This document shows, one piece after another, positions 1 to 12,748 of a stretch of DNA of 64,000 bases (position 1 is the stretch's first letter; every line of letters starts with the position of its first letter). A program made the position numbers and the translations under genes. Source of the stretch: Lingula anatina (taxonomy: Eukaryota > Animalia > Brachiopoda). Location: contig CM120645.1 in the NCBI GenBank assembly GCA_051362555.1, forward strand, positions 13,082,001 to 13,146,000, in the 5' to 3' direction. The notes beneath the pieces were generated by a model. That model worked only from the letters and a program-made list of their open reading frames with translations. It had not been told where the DNA came from and did not search any database.

Positions 1-935
1 GAACAATTTCACACACAAGAATGTGTCTGTGAAAATTGCTTGGCGTCGGTTACATGCTCAGAGAGTGTACTGCAATATAGCAAGACTGAAACCTCTTATA
101 TCGTTACAAAACAAGCAACGTATAGTGAACTAGGGTCAACAGGATCTAGAACTGGACAGTTCATGACAATTGGTCCTATATATTTTTTTCTGATGAGTGT
201 CGCTTTGGTCTGACCTCTGATGACAGACGGGTACTATGCTGGCAAACTGCTGGTAAAGCATTTGAACCACATGCACTGAATTTTCGAATCCCGGAGCAGT
301 ATATTCATCATGGTGTGGAGCTGCATCAGCATCCATGGCTTGGGCGAATTGATAGTGGTAAATGGAAACATGAATAACTAGAAATATATCGATGTTTTGG
401 GGTCAGGCTTGCTACCATCTATTACTAACATGTTTGATGACAGGAATTATCCATTTGTTCACCAGGATGACAATGCTCTTTGTCACAAGCCCAGAGCAGT
501 TGATGATTGGTTTGACCAACAGGACATTCGCAGGGTGATGTGGCCTGCCCAGAGTCCAGATGCAACCATAATAGAAAATGTGTGGAATGATATGTCAAAA
601 CTTTTTACAAATGCCCGTCTAACCAGCAGAGAAACTCTGTTATATTCAGTGTTTCATGCTTGGACCAGCATAAGCCCTGAACGCATCAGACAATTATATG
701 AAACTTTGCTTCGTAGACTGGCACCTATTATTAGGTCACGTGGCTATGCCACTAAGTACTAATTTTGGACTTGAAACTGCATATTTTGGTAGAATGTATA
801 TATTGTTCTCATTTTGTGATTTTTTTTTAAATTTAATGTTAACAAAATGATACCAGGAGCATATTATTCCGCAGTCATTTATCTCCCCCATAGTATTGGC
901 TCAGTAGGGGTGACACTTCTTTTGTCCAGTGTGTG
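1..935 (+). mobile_element. Tc1-family DNA transposon, 3' part, with degenerate DD34E transposase
   Basis: FSDECRF (first D) lies near 185. ORF 397-762 has QDDNA...WPAQSPDATIIENVW with 34 residues between D and E, and ends in the Tc1-typical RGYATKY. Stops and frameshifts occur upstream. The putative right TIR ends ...ttttgtccagtgtgtg at 935, followed by TA. Confidence 0.88.
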
Positions 936-1238
936 TAGCTCATTTTACGCACTGCAGAACCGACCACTATCATGCAAAATTTAAAAATATTTATTCAGTA
1001 GTTGCCGACATACGGATGCTTCTTTGACAGAACCATGTTTTGGCACACCCAGGCTTAGAGCAGTCCAAAGGAGCACTACCCAATCATTGCATATTACACA
1101 ATGCAGCAGTGCAATAGACATGGTGGTCAGTTAGTTACTAGTGACACACTTGACTACACATGTAAAGGACATCACCTACTTACCCTTGAATTTAGTATAG
1201 CCCACACACCCCTAATGAATAATAGGCTTTTCCACTTA

Positions 1239-1453
1239 GGCTGTATTCCTATAGCTTTTAGATCGATCTATCCCCGGGGGGAGTCTCACTAGATTACTGT
1301 CAGATAATCCGGCTTAAATGTCCGTCCCGCCTACTACAAGCTGTAAGAGGGTTATTAACTTTCGTGACCGCTCGGCTGACAGCTATTTAGCGTGAACCCC
1401 CAGGGAGTTAGGTCGATCTAAAGTAGAGCGATATAATCTCTGGATATGGGGTC
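1239..1453 (+). mobile_element. Harbinger/Tourist-like MITE family A, copy 1
   Basis: Imperfect terminal inverted repeats (ggctgtattcc...tagatcgatcta / tagagcgatata...ggatatggggtc) with TTA/TAA flanks. Near-identical copies lie at 32691-32888 and, inverted, at 39687-39880. Confidence 0.85.
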
Positions 1454-1673
1454 TAAGAGTGAGCAGTTCATTTACACAGACACCTAAGAAGCTAGAAGTT
1501 CATTTTTACACAGACACATAAGAAGCAAGAATTAAGACATATAAAGGGGACATACATGTAGATTTGTAAGTTTTGATTTACTTGTAACTTATTTTCAACT
1601 TTCATTGTCATTATAATTTTTTACATATACATATGCAGTTAAAATTTGCTTTTGTATATATAATTGTAGTTTA

Positions 1674-2638
1674 GGCCACACTTTTTTATTTTTATGGATG
1701 ACATCCTGCGCGCGCACCGATTTTCGCCCGTTCTCCAAACCCCCCCCCCCCCAGCCCCCAACGAAGTCGGTTGTCGCAAACCTCGTTATTGAACTTGCCA
1801 GGAAATGAGCTTTCTGCGCATGCGTATTATCGCCACGTGGAAATGCGGCCCCTTTGCCGTCAAATTCATCTCTAGGATTACTTTCAAATTACACAACAAT
1901 AAAAGTCATAAAGAGAACGGGCGCCGTCGTTTTGGATTGGTATGCCATTGATATTGGGCATGGAGATATCACTTTTTTACAATTGTGCGAAAGGCTGGTG
2001 GCGGCCAGCAATTATCGCCCGAAAAAAATCTGTGACATTCTGTACAAAGCAGCACATTAATACCAGGCTTTCTGTAGCGAAAAAAGGTCGACAAGGGCGT
2101 CGAGGTATTTGGTGGGCTGAAGGTCGGACAGGCCACCTGACAGTTTGGCTGCTTCGTGTGAGTTGAAGTAGACAAAATGGCATCGTCCGAAATGGCCCTT
2201 AATAGATTTGGTAGTATTAAGCATATCTTTGTATCATTTTTTAAACATTTCTGTGAAGTGTTCAAAATGCTTTAATATTCTGAGAATACAAATAAAGACA
2301 CACTGTTTGATTGATATTTGTTTTATTGATTGCTAACTGAATACATGAAATAACCTTAAAATAGATTTGGTAATATGAAGTATATCTATTAATGACTTTT
2401 TTTACATTTCTACGAAGTATTCACAATGCCTTAAAATTTTGAGAGCATGGATAAAGACATATTGTTAGTTTGATACGTGTTTCTGTGGTAAAATTTGTGT
2501 TTCCAACTGTGTACTGACAGCATTCATTTACTTAAGCAGTATTTTTTTTTGGGGGGGGGGATTTTTTTTTTTTCGCCCTCTCGCACCGATTTTGGGGTAC
2601 CCAGAGGATGTCATCCATAAAAATAAAAAAGTGTGGCC
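1674..2638. mobile_element. Non-autonomous DNA transposon, Harbinger-like (TTA target duplication)
   Basis: A ~34-bp TIR (ggccacacttttttatttttatggatgacatcct / aggatgtcatccataaaaataaaaaagtgtggcc) is flanked by TTA at 1671-1673 and 2639-2641. There is an internal ~120-bp direct duplication (about 2200-2320 and 2360-2480). Confidence 0.88.
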
Positions 2639-2844
2639 TTACAAGTCTTAGTAAAGATTAGGTGTGGACACGTGGGTAATTTCATATGTAGTGTGTCATT
2701 TTTTATTATTATTTAATGTGTTCACTTTATTAATATTTATTTATGTTTGTTTCCTTATATTTATATATATTGTGCTCTACGTTTTTTGTCAGTTCAGTTA
2801 TTTAAGCATATTTTTACAGATCTAAACCATACATAAGTACAGTC

Positions 2845-3130
2845 ACACAAGTTTGTGTAAAGAGGCAATCAATCATATGAGTACAAATACAGTATCATCT
2901 TTTTGTATCGAAGTGTCATCAGTCAGAATTTCAAGTTCAAATAAATTTGCGTCACCTGACTGTGTATTCAAGTCAAGCCAGCAAAGAAGTCAGTCTACGT
3001 CACACCTTTAAGTCACACCAGTATGTTCACAAAGAAAACAAAGGAATTAACTCAAAAAACAAGTTTCTGTAAAGAGACAATAAATCGTATGAGTACCAAT
3101 ACAGTATCCTCTTTTTGTATCGAAGTGTCA
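2845..3130 (+). repeat. Local direct duplication of ~75 bp
   Basis: caagttt(g/c)tgtaaagag...tatgagtac(a/c)aatacagtatc...ttttgtatcgaagtgtca occurs at about 2845-2918 and 3058-3130. Confidence 0.8.
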
Positions 3131-4605
3131 CCCGTCACAACACACTTCTCCTTTCACATATCTGATATGAGATCGGATTTCTTTAAAAAAATAGTATAGC
3201 CCAATTTCACCTAGGCATACTTTTGAAACTGAAATATTCCATATTAAATGTCAAGTCTGTATTTTGAAATGGACAATAAAAGCACAATTATTAAGATTTG
3301 ATGGCACTATATAGGAACGGGCATGCGCAATGAGATAATCATGTACGTGAAGCGCCCCATAAAAAAGGAAGACAAAGGCTTTGACGGCCTTTTTTCTCAC
3401 TTAACTGGCCTCCAGGCACTGTACCACGTACAGAAAGCTCTAAAACGAGTGACCACAAGACACCATTACATTGCTAAATGGTAGGACCAGGCACAAACGG
3501 TGAGTGCCGATTTTAGAACATTTAGGCCTATAGCTTTGAATTATAAAAACAAATTAATATTTCGGTAGCAATTTACTTGACCTTGCATGTTGATCCAATA
3601 TTCGTTTGCAAAATTAGGCTTAAAGTCAAACTTGAATTAATGAAATATTAAAAACTATAAAGGCAAAAGATGTAAAATTTACACTCTAGTTAGACCCTGT
3701 GTAATTTACATCGTGAATTAACCTCGAGTCATATCATAAATCGGATTTCACACAAAACCATTATGTAAAGTATCATTGATAATCAATAGGTGTTTACATT
3801 GAAAACAAGGAAGTGAAAGCATCAAAGAGAATTATCGATTACTGACGCGATTGTTGAAAGATGTTTAGATTGAAAATGCCAAAAGAATTATCAATATGTT
3901 AGGCAGGTTTTTTAATAACTTGTTTTTCAAACAATTTATTTTTGTCAGATGTCGGGGGGGGGGGGGGGGGATAAAATAATTTTCAAAATAATGAGTTAGT
4001 GGTCAATAATATTCCAAACTACTTTAGACGATGGTAAAGACTGGTTTTAACACAATAAGCTATTTTAAAGGATTCATGTTCAAACATTTATTGGTCTAAA
4101 TAAATGTCAGTTCTAAGAATCATTCTTATGATTTACAAAATAATAAAGAAAAGTCCCACACTGAAAATGCCAATATGTGAAAAATGAACATTTCACAAAA
4201 ACAGCCAGAAATTGAATCCATTCAGGGTATATTTCAGACCTATGAATCTTTCGGTTACCTTGAGAATCATCAGTAAACCGTAATAAAGATAATTAATTGT
4301 ATTTATGTAGCAAATGGTTTGTTTAAGTGGTGGTATTAACTTTTTGGTAATACATCAACGTTTCGTTTATAGGAAATTAGTCTTAGTTTTGGTCTTGTCT
4401 GCACATTTTGACCCTAAGTAGGTCACCAAGGCAAGGTGATAACAGATGTCCAGAGTTAAGGAATGTCTTAGCTACTGTGTATGTAGGCACACACATTTAT
4501 ATTTTATGAAAGATGTTTTGGGGACTAATTCTATCGAGTTGCATTCAGTGAGAAGTCATTCAGCTTTGTAGCTGCGGAGATATTTACCCGCAGTTTTAGC
4601 AGCTA

Positions 4606-4750
4606 CGAGGGTTGATTGATAAGTAGTGAGCCTCGTGTGGAAGGGGTTAAGTAGGGATATCCCTTTTCAGCCCTTCTATTACCTGTCTATTTAAATGTGT
4701 GTAGCCGAAGTTTGGTGTCATTTGGTTAGTTTATGTCGACGAGGTAGCAC
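4606..4750 (+). mobile_element. Probable mariner left-end fragment
   Basis: TA|cgagggttgattgataagt resembles the TACGAGGG start of mariner TIRs. No matching right end was found. Confidence 0.45.
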
Positions 4751-5084
4751 TCAAGCTTAAAATAATATCATTCTAAAATATATAAAGGTAAAAGATGTAA
4801 AATTTACACTTCAGTTGGACCCTATGTGATTTATTTCTATCTGTTGTTTAATTTTATTAAATGTCCTGTTTGTTTGGTGAACTACAGGTGATGACGTAAA
4901 AGAATTAACCTCGAATCATATCATGATTGGTATTTCACACAAAGCCTTTTGTAAAGATTGATTGATAATAAATATGTGTTGATATTGAAAACACCGAAGT
5001 GAAAGCATCAAAGAGAATAATTGATAACTTACGTGATTGTAAAAAGATGTTTAGTGAAAATGCCCAGAGAATTAATGATATATT

Positions 5085-5088
<4 letters not shown>

Positions 5089-5138
<50 letters not shown>
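5089..5138. repeat. (TA)n microsatellite
   Basis: Uninterrupted TA run of about 50 bp. Confidence 0.95.
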
Positions 5139-5141
<3 letters not shown>

Positions 5142-6436
5142 CTTGTGAAAGCATCAAACAGAGAATCATCAATACGTTTTTTAATTACTTGTTTTTCAAA
5201 AAAGTCATTTTTGTAAGAGGTCAGAGGGGGGAATAAAAATTATTTTTTAAATAATGACTTTTTGGTCACAAATCTTCAAAACTACTTTAGACGATGGTAA
5301 GAAATGGTTTTAACACCATAAGCTATTTTAAAGGATTAAAAAAAAGCAATTCATGTTAAATCTTTTATTTGTTCTAAATGAATATCAGTTCTAAGAATCA
5401 TTCTTATAAATTACAAAATAATAAAGAAAACAGTTTGCCTTTCCATGCATTTGTGGTGGTAGTGTACAAAATAGTTCCTTGTCAATATTGATTCAATATT
5501 ATGTGATGATTAACTGGAAAATCATCACCAAATTTTAGTCATCTACATCATGTAGCATGACCATTTGGAGATTATATGACTTAATTCCCATAGAAATTTC
5601 AAGTCCCATATTAAAAAAGCCAATATGTGAAAAATGAACGCTTGCAGCCTTTTTTCTCACTGAGCTGGGCTCCAACCACTGTGCCATACACAGAAGGCTC
5701 TAAATCGAGAACCACGAGACATCACTACATTAATAAACGGTAGGAAAACGCACAAAGCAAGTTTATTTGACCTTGCATGTTGATCCAATATACGTCTGCA
5801 AATTTAGGCTTATAAAGTCAAGCTTAAATAAATAAGATATTAAAAATTATAAAGGCAAAAGATGTAAAATTTACACTCTAATTAGACCCTGTGTTATTTA
5901 CATCGGTATGTTGTTTTTTATTGAGTGTGCTGTTTGTTTGTTTGTTTGGTGAACTACGAATATGTCGCATAGGATGTGATGACGCAAAATGATTAACCTC
6001 GAGTCATAACATGAATCGGATTTCACACAAAGCCATTTTGTAAAGATTCATTGATAATCAATAGGTGTTTACATTGAAAACAAGGAAGTGAAAGCATCAA
6101 AGAGAATAATTGAAGATGTTTAGATTGAAAATGCCCAGAGAATTATCAATATGTAAGGCAGGGTTTTTTTAATAACTTGTTTTTCAAACAATTCATTTTT
6201 GTCAGAGGTCGGGGGGGGGGATAAAATAATTTTCAAAATAATGACTTTGTGGTCAATAATCTTCAAAACTACTTTAGACGATGGTAAAAACTGGTTTTAA
6301 CACAATAAGCTATTTTAAGGGATTCATGTTCAATCTTTTATTTGTCTAAATGAAAATCAGTTCTAAGAATCATTCTTATAAATTACAAAATAATAAAGAA
6401 AAGTCCCACACTGAAAATGCCAATGTGAAAAATGAA

Positions 6437-7195
6437 CTGAAATTGAGTGCCTAAAATCAGGTCTATTGTTCCTGATTTTCTCAACAGCTTTGAATAGTTA
6501 TTAAGGAGAAATTATTAAAAATTAAAGTAGAATTGTTATTTTGCTCTCAATCGATGTAACGCACCTTGCATTATTTAATGACTTCGATGTTTTTACTGAC
6601 GAAATTAAATTATAATAAAACATATAATAAATGTTTTTGTTTAGAAATACACATAAGGTTTGATCGTAATTTCCCTTTGCATTACAGTAGATTGCAGTGT
6701 GCTATAATAGCAGTCTAGCGTGTCCTGTGTGCGTCTGACATCCTAGACATTTTATACTTCTTCAGCCTGCCAAATTCCGTGTTCATATCATCAGAGTATT
6801 CAGTCATATGGCAACTGGCTGCGCGTAGGAAAATATTCAGAACGGAGCGCGTGTGCTGAGATGACGTCGTGGTTGAAATTTTGTAATTGCGTAACCATCG
6901 CGGGAATTCATGACATCATATCTAAATAATTAATATACCACTGACACTGAATAAAATTACCAAGAGATCAAAATGGCAATAAATACAAAAAACTGATGAA
7001 AATAATTTCACACCCACAGTAAAAAAAATTCTTAATTACATTATTCATATATCTTACAATGCATACACAATTTACAAAGATTTTGATTGAAATTCAAACA
7101 ATAATACAGTATATAACTCAAGTAACTCAAACAGCATGACTCCGACTTATTATCAGACACCGCAAAATTTGACTCCTAGTGTGAGGCCAATTTAA
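6437..7195 (+). repeat. Dispersed duplicate of 29909-30980 (SSUH2 3' region)
   Basis: 6437-6810 matches 29909-30310 (ggtctattgttcctgattttctcaacagctttgaat...tgtgtgcgtctgacatcctagacattt). 6913-7195 matches 30646-30980 (acatcatatctaaataattaatatacca...gattttgattgaaattcaaacaata). Confidence 0.85.
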
Positions 7196-7489
7196 TTCCT
7201 GTTAAGGGATTAATGTACCCAAATATGACTAAAAATCGTCATTTTTGGTTTTTTATGCCTAATTATTGGTTAAATGTGTATCTAACATTTAACAGAATAA
7301 ATTTTTTACATCTTGAACAAAAAAATTTTTTCTGGGAATTCTGATGCTGCACACATCGGCACTGGTCTATGCCCCGCCTTCGTTGTCAAGGGCCGTTGGC
7401 ATAGGTAAACTCGGTGGGCGGACCTTAGCAGCATCAGCACGACTAGAGAAACAATAGAAAAGGGATGCGCCATGCCCCCTTTGTCATAA

Positions 7490-8627
7490 GGGCCCCTTTA
7501 CACTTGACGGTGTCCTTTCTGCGTCCCTTCAAAAATTTGGCCAGGACTCTCAACGGTTGCCAAAGCAATTAAATCGTGTCTCAGTGTAAAGGCCTCTGCG
7601 TCCCTTGTGCGTCCTTTGAACGACCGAAGCTTGATTTTACACGTAAAACTGCGAGCAACCTGCCTGCCCCCACTGTACGCCCCCTGTGCAACCCAAGGTG
7701 TATATTGAGATGTTTGAGCGACCATTGAGCATTCTTGCTGCGTTTTCTGTACCTTCATCGGCGATCAGTGGCGTCTATTCTACGATCATTGTGCATCCTG
7801 CTTAACCGATGAGCGTTGTTTGAGCGTCCTTCTAACTCATATTTTTTCATCGGTTCTAACCAGCTCATCCAATAAAGAACACTTACAGCACACAAAACAA
7901 ATAAATGAGAATAAACGCTTTAAACTATAGTGATGCAAGGTCTGCATGGACTGATAATCAGCCAGATGCTCATTGTTATCCTTATAAGGGGATGGACAGG
8001 CGCCAAAAACGAGAAAGTGTGACTGACACAACATAGAATATTTGAATCCGTTTTTAAATGACGCATTCTGCAAAAAGTTCTGACAATTAATGCATCTTGT
8101 GAAAAAGGCAAAATATTCGTTTTATAATAACCTAAAAAGTGGATCGTTTCATGAATTTTAGGGGAAAAAACAATCGGAGGTTGATATGAGACCACTGTTG
8201 CCCTTAGAATTCCTGTCTGGTGAAAAATACCTCAGCACGGCCCCGTTTGAGAGTGAAAAAATAACGTTTTACGTGCCGTACACTGAACGATCTTTGAGTT
8301 TTTATTCTGCAACAAAACGATGCTTATGCCTCCTTTCTACTACCGCGGCGATTCTTGTGCGTCCTCTCTGCGACCGCGGCGATGCTTGTGCGTCCTCTCT
8401 GCGACCACGACGTCATTTCTGCGTCCATTGAGCGACCATTCTCTATCGCGTTCTCTCTGCGATTGTTTTGAACATGCTCATGAACATGGCGTCTTCGGCG
8501 ATGCTTGAACGTTCTTTGTACGACCTTGGCGATCACTGTGCGTTCTTTGAGCGTCCGACGGCGTCCTGGCCAGTTTCATGGTCGCACAAAGGACGCAGAA
8601 AGGACGCCGTCCGGTGTAAAGGGGGTT
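7490..8627. mobile_element. Non-autonomous Harbinger-like DNA transposon (TAA target duplication)
   Basis: TIR cccctttacacttgacggtgtcctttctgcgtcc / ggacgcagaaaggacgccgtccggtgtaaagggg. TAA lies at 7487-7489 and 8628-8630. GC-rich subterminal repeats (gcgtcctctctgcgacc) are present, with no transposase ORF. Confidence 0.85.
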
Positions 8628-9705
8628 TAAACAGCGATCGTCAAAGCGGTGCCTATTGTTCCGCTTAAGCTGTTTTGATAGTCGCTCTTGACTGTGATCA
8701 GCGCTAAGATGAATCTTTTCCGACACATTGGACTTGCTCGAAATACGCATTCTCCCTTGAATTGCTTGTTGTTACACGCGCTCTTTCGATTTTCTTGTTC
8801 TCTTTTTGAGATACGCAAAAAAAGAAAAATCCGTTGCTAGCTACCCGTGACAGCAACCGTCATACTATCGATCCATTTTCGACAACAGCTCGATGCAGTC
8901 GTTAGATTTTTAAAATCATTATCTATGCAACTTGGGCAATTTGGCCTAGCATCGAGGCGCAACTAGCCTCTAGCCCTCTCTTAATTATTTTTGCTTACCA
9001 ATGATCATCGGAAAATAGACTCTTTGTATGAAATCTGTATTTCACAATAAAAACATTGTGAATGACTCATAAAAATATAATATATTCTGTTTTCCCTCAA
9101 AAAACGGCTGTTATAGCTATTATTCTGATATCTGAGCTTGTCTTTAGACCACGTGACCTCCATTGATGGCTATACTCTGTTAAAATCTCTTAAGAGATTT
9201 TAACAAAAAACCATACTTTTTAGAAAAAAAACAGGGCCTAACTTTGAATGTAAAAATGGATTCATTAACCATTGGTATGGGAAAATTGTTGTTTACTCCA
9301 GGAAAATTCATTTTTTGGCCGAAACGAAGAGTTATTATCACTTTAACTGACTTTTAAATATTTTATCCAGTTAAACACTGGCCAGTCAACTAACCGGCTG
9401 TTTGAACTATTTTATTTTTTTCACACTCAGCTGCACCTTGATTGCCTAAAAAACGATTGCCATTAATAAAGTGACTCTGTGGCACCACATGGGGCTTAAT
9501 CGGCATTTTTTTTTTTTTTTTTTTTTTTTGAATACTTAAATTAACTTTGATGGTTTTTGAATTAGAAATATGTTTTTTGTTTCATGGGAGACTAGTGTGG
9601 CACTCAAAAATCGTTTTATGTGGTTTAAAAATCTATGCACCCGATTTTTAAATCATGTAGCGATTTTTTTCTAATGAAGGTAACAGCCGAGCGTGATTTC
9701 TTTAA

Positions 9706-10696
9706 AGACAGTCTCAGTGGGTTAGATTAATGTATAGAAGCAGGTTCTATGTAAAGCTTTGATCAGATTTGTGTTTTGTGAGATTGTTTATTATTATATT
9801 AATAAGTCTGGGTCACAAAAGTCCTGTTAAGACAACTAGAATAAAGAATTAGAAAACGAAAACTATTTATCATGATTTCGGAGCACAGCCAGAAGTACTT
9901 CCGGCTCAAGGTCACGACCTCGATTTTCCCACGCTTACGACCAATCACAGCAGGCTTCAGTCAGAATGAGATAGACGTCACGACTACACAGGGAAACTTG
10001 TCAGACATGTAAGTGCCGCCTGTCCATCTTTCCGGTACATGTACCGATCAAAAATAGACAACGTAAAGCCCAAAACGCTCTTATACACGAAACCAACTTT
10101 GTATGAGCACAAATATTGTCATTTATTGTGAACAGGATAATATGATAATCAGACACACTTGAGACCTGTGAAGCGCATACTCACGTGTCGAGGAGTAGTT
10201 TCGCCATTGCCTCGTATGTGAGTCCTAACTCAGCTTTAAGTGTCCTCCACCGCCCCACCTCCCTCCCAACATACACAGTCTGAGTGCTTCTTCGTCTGTC
10301 TCTAATTTTCTTTCGTATCTTTCGAACTGGAGTGGCTATTTTCTTTCGTCCCCTTTTGTCGCTCTCCTCTTCAGACTTGACGCGCGTCTGAGCCATGTTT
10401 GCTGTTTTGGCGCCAAATAGTAACATCCGGGTCTCAGCCGTAGTACTTCATTCATAGTAAACCGCGAGACTTAGCGAGAAATTGCGCGTTCTGAAGCCGT
10501 ACTGTGAGGTGGTAGCTGAGTATTTAAGACGAGTCGTCTTTTATTATTTAATGGAACTTAAAAACGGTATTAGGTAGGTTCATTTTCTCAACGGTTTTGG
10601 ATAGGATATACCTTGGTCATTATGGGGAAATTGGTGAGATTTCCAGGAAAATTCATTTTCGTGCTATTTTAAGGGTTTAACGCGCTGAGACTGTCT
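9706..10696 (-). mobile_element. Kolobok-like non-autonomous DNA transposon carrying a first coding exon
   Basis: TIR agacagtctcag / ctgagactgtct starts with AG and has TTAA flanks (9702-9705; 10698-10701 with one extra T). The internal minus ORF 10181-10426 (…RRSTQTVYVGREVGRWRTLKAELGLTYEAMAKLLLDT) ends at a GTGAGT donor. Confidence 0.7.
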
Positions 10697-10949
10697 TTTA
10701 ATTGTATTTCGCAAATTCATGTATTTTGTATTTCGCTCTTACCAGAAGCAGATCCAGGATTATTTGAATGGGGGGGGATACATAGCCATGAATACATAGC
10801 CATGAATACATAGCCGCCCCCCACCCCCCACCCCCCCCACCCACTTGGTGTGGGGTTCGGGGCCGCCAAAGGGACCCGGAATATTTTGGTATTTTACAGG
10901 GTGAACGTTGCCTTTGGTACGGTATAGAACCATGATTCAGATAGTCAAA

Positions 10950-12320
10950 ATTCTAATTTCAAGAGGGGAACATTGGTGTGATTTTTTTTCAGATATCAAA
11001 GTGAACTCAGGACACCACTACCCTGAGTGTCAGGGCCACTGTGAAGCTAGATTGTTAACTATTGAAGCGTTTTCACGCGATAGCTTCACAGTGGTATTGT
11101 TGATTTGGCTTATATATGAAATCAAGATCGAGCTGGCAATACCGGAATCTGGATCCTGGGGTAGACCCCTCTGTTGCACCCCCTAAATCCAACACTGCTA
11201 TGTATTTTACTTATAACTGTAAAATTCCAAGCTTATTTTAAAATGGCCAATAAAACTCGTCTGACATTCCAAGCACCTGCAAGTCTGCAAAATAACGTAA
11301 TTGGGACACCACAGGATTCTAACTACTGCGCACGTGCGGAAATGCACTGTTTGAAATAAATTTGTGAAACTGAAAAAAGCCTGTCGGTGTTCACCGTCTG
11401 GTTGATTTAATTAATTTGCTTTCTGGTGTCGTTTTTAGAAATTATATTTGAAATGTTTTGCTGCTTGTATGTATTTTAAGTAAATCCATGTAAGTATGTA
11501 AGTAAATCCATCGAACTTTCATTAGAATAACATTCATTTTGCCTTTATTGCAAAGGGATTTCCTTTGTATTTAATAGTGTTATATGTGGCCCCAAGGGAT
11601 TTTCCATCCCTCCCCCACTCTTGAAATAAAATGTTCTGTGTGGCAGATCGAAAATGATATTGCAAAATGTACTAAAATTGGAGGAGTTTACTTGCAGATA
11701 TTGCTGCGATGATCGATATTCTAATGTGAGACCGAAATTGACCAATATAAAAATTTAAACTTCGTGTTTGGAGCGCCAGTTTTAATTGTTTGAAAGCGAG
11801 GCAATAGAACCAAACACTACTACCATACAATTAGTAATCTCGTAAAAATTGATATCTTTTTAATGAAGTTCCTAGCATGGCACACATTAAAAGACGTCTC
11901 GTTTATAATTGGAATCTTCAATAAAAATATATAATATACGATATAATAAGTTCTTATGCGAGGCCTTTTAATAGTTTCATTGATATTTTGTAGGATTTGG
12001 AGGTTAAAAAGACCAGCATTGTCTGGTTCTCATATCGAGGCACGATTTTTCTTTTCATGTGCTAAATTTGGCGCCCTATAAAAACTAAGAGATACCTTTG
12101 ACTGCCTTTTGTCTAGCGAGCTGCGCTCAATGCTCAGTGCTTCGCACCGGTACAGAAGGCTCTAAAACGAGGGGCCACAAGAAACTACCTCATTGATCAA
12201 CAAGAAGGCCATACACTTCCTTAACAGTAAGTGGTGATATTAGTACATGAAGGCCTTTTAGGCATTTAGAACGAATTTAGTACTGTTGGATTTCAGTAGT
12301 AAGTTAACTTGAGGTTCAGG
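10950..12320 (+). repeat. ~1.2-kb segmental duplication, copy 1
   Basis: Colinear with about 16510-17645, from taatttcaagag(g/a)ggaacattggtgtg to gatttcagtagtaagttaacttgag, with long identical runs. Confidence 0.9.
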
Positions 12321-12330
12321 GTATACCGGT

Positions 12331-12438
12331 AGATACTGGAATGCGATCTGACACACACCTTGAAAACGGGTAGTGTGGTCCGATATACCGGTTAATTCAG
12401 GATCCTTATGTACCGAGTCTGGTAGTTGGGTAGGCCTG
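12331..12438 (-). mobile_element. Solo terminal inverted repeat of MITE family B
   Basis: gatctgacacacaccttgaaaacgggtagtgtggtccgatataccggttaattcaggatcctta...ggtaggcctg matches the TIRs of 36886-37433. Confidence 0.85.
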
Positions 12439-12748
12439 AAAATGTAACCTAGCAAAAAAGGCGAAGAAATAGGGTTTATTTCACGACAATGGCATGCGAG
12501 ACAAATGAGCGTAGCAAAATGATGATGATGAATGATAATTGCATGCACGTATTCAAATGTCTCCCCCTGCGAAAATTTGTCTCATTTAAAGCAATAATAA
12601 CTCTTCCTTTGAGATTCAAAATTCCGCAAGAAATACATTGTAAACAACGCATGGAAATACATTCTATTGTATTTTACCACTAAAACGGCCGTTATTGTAG
12701 TAAAACTAAAATCTGTGCTTGTCAATAGGGCTTTCGATGCCTTTCTTA

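Larger units (their letters stand above)
3385..6436 (+). repeat. Tandem segmental triplication of a ~0.8-kb unit
   Basis: Shared blocks (aaaagatgtaaaatttacact, gaagtgaaagcatcaaagagaat, actactttagacgatggtaa, cagttctaagaatcattcttat) occur in units at about 3385-4200, 4750-5640 (partial) and 5645-6436. Confidence 0.85.

Noticed and set aside
7498-8818. Cluster of 60-90-aa ORFs
   Set aside because: They lie in or beside a GC-rich non-autonomous transposon and show no recognisable protein motifs.
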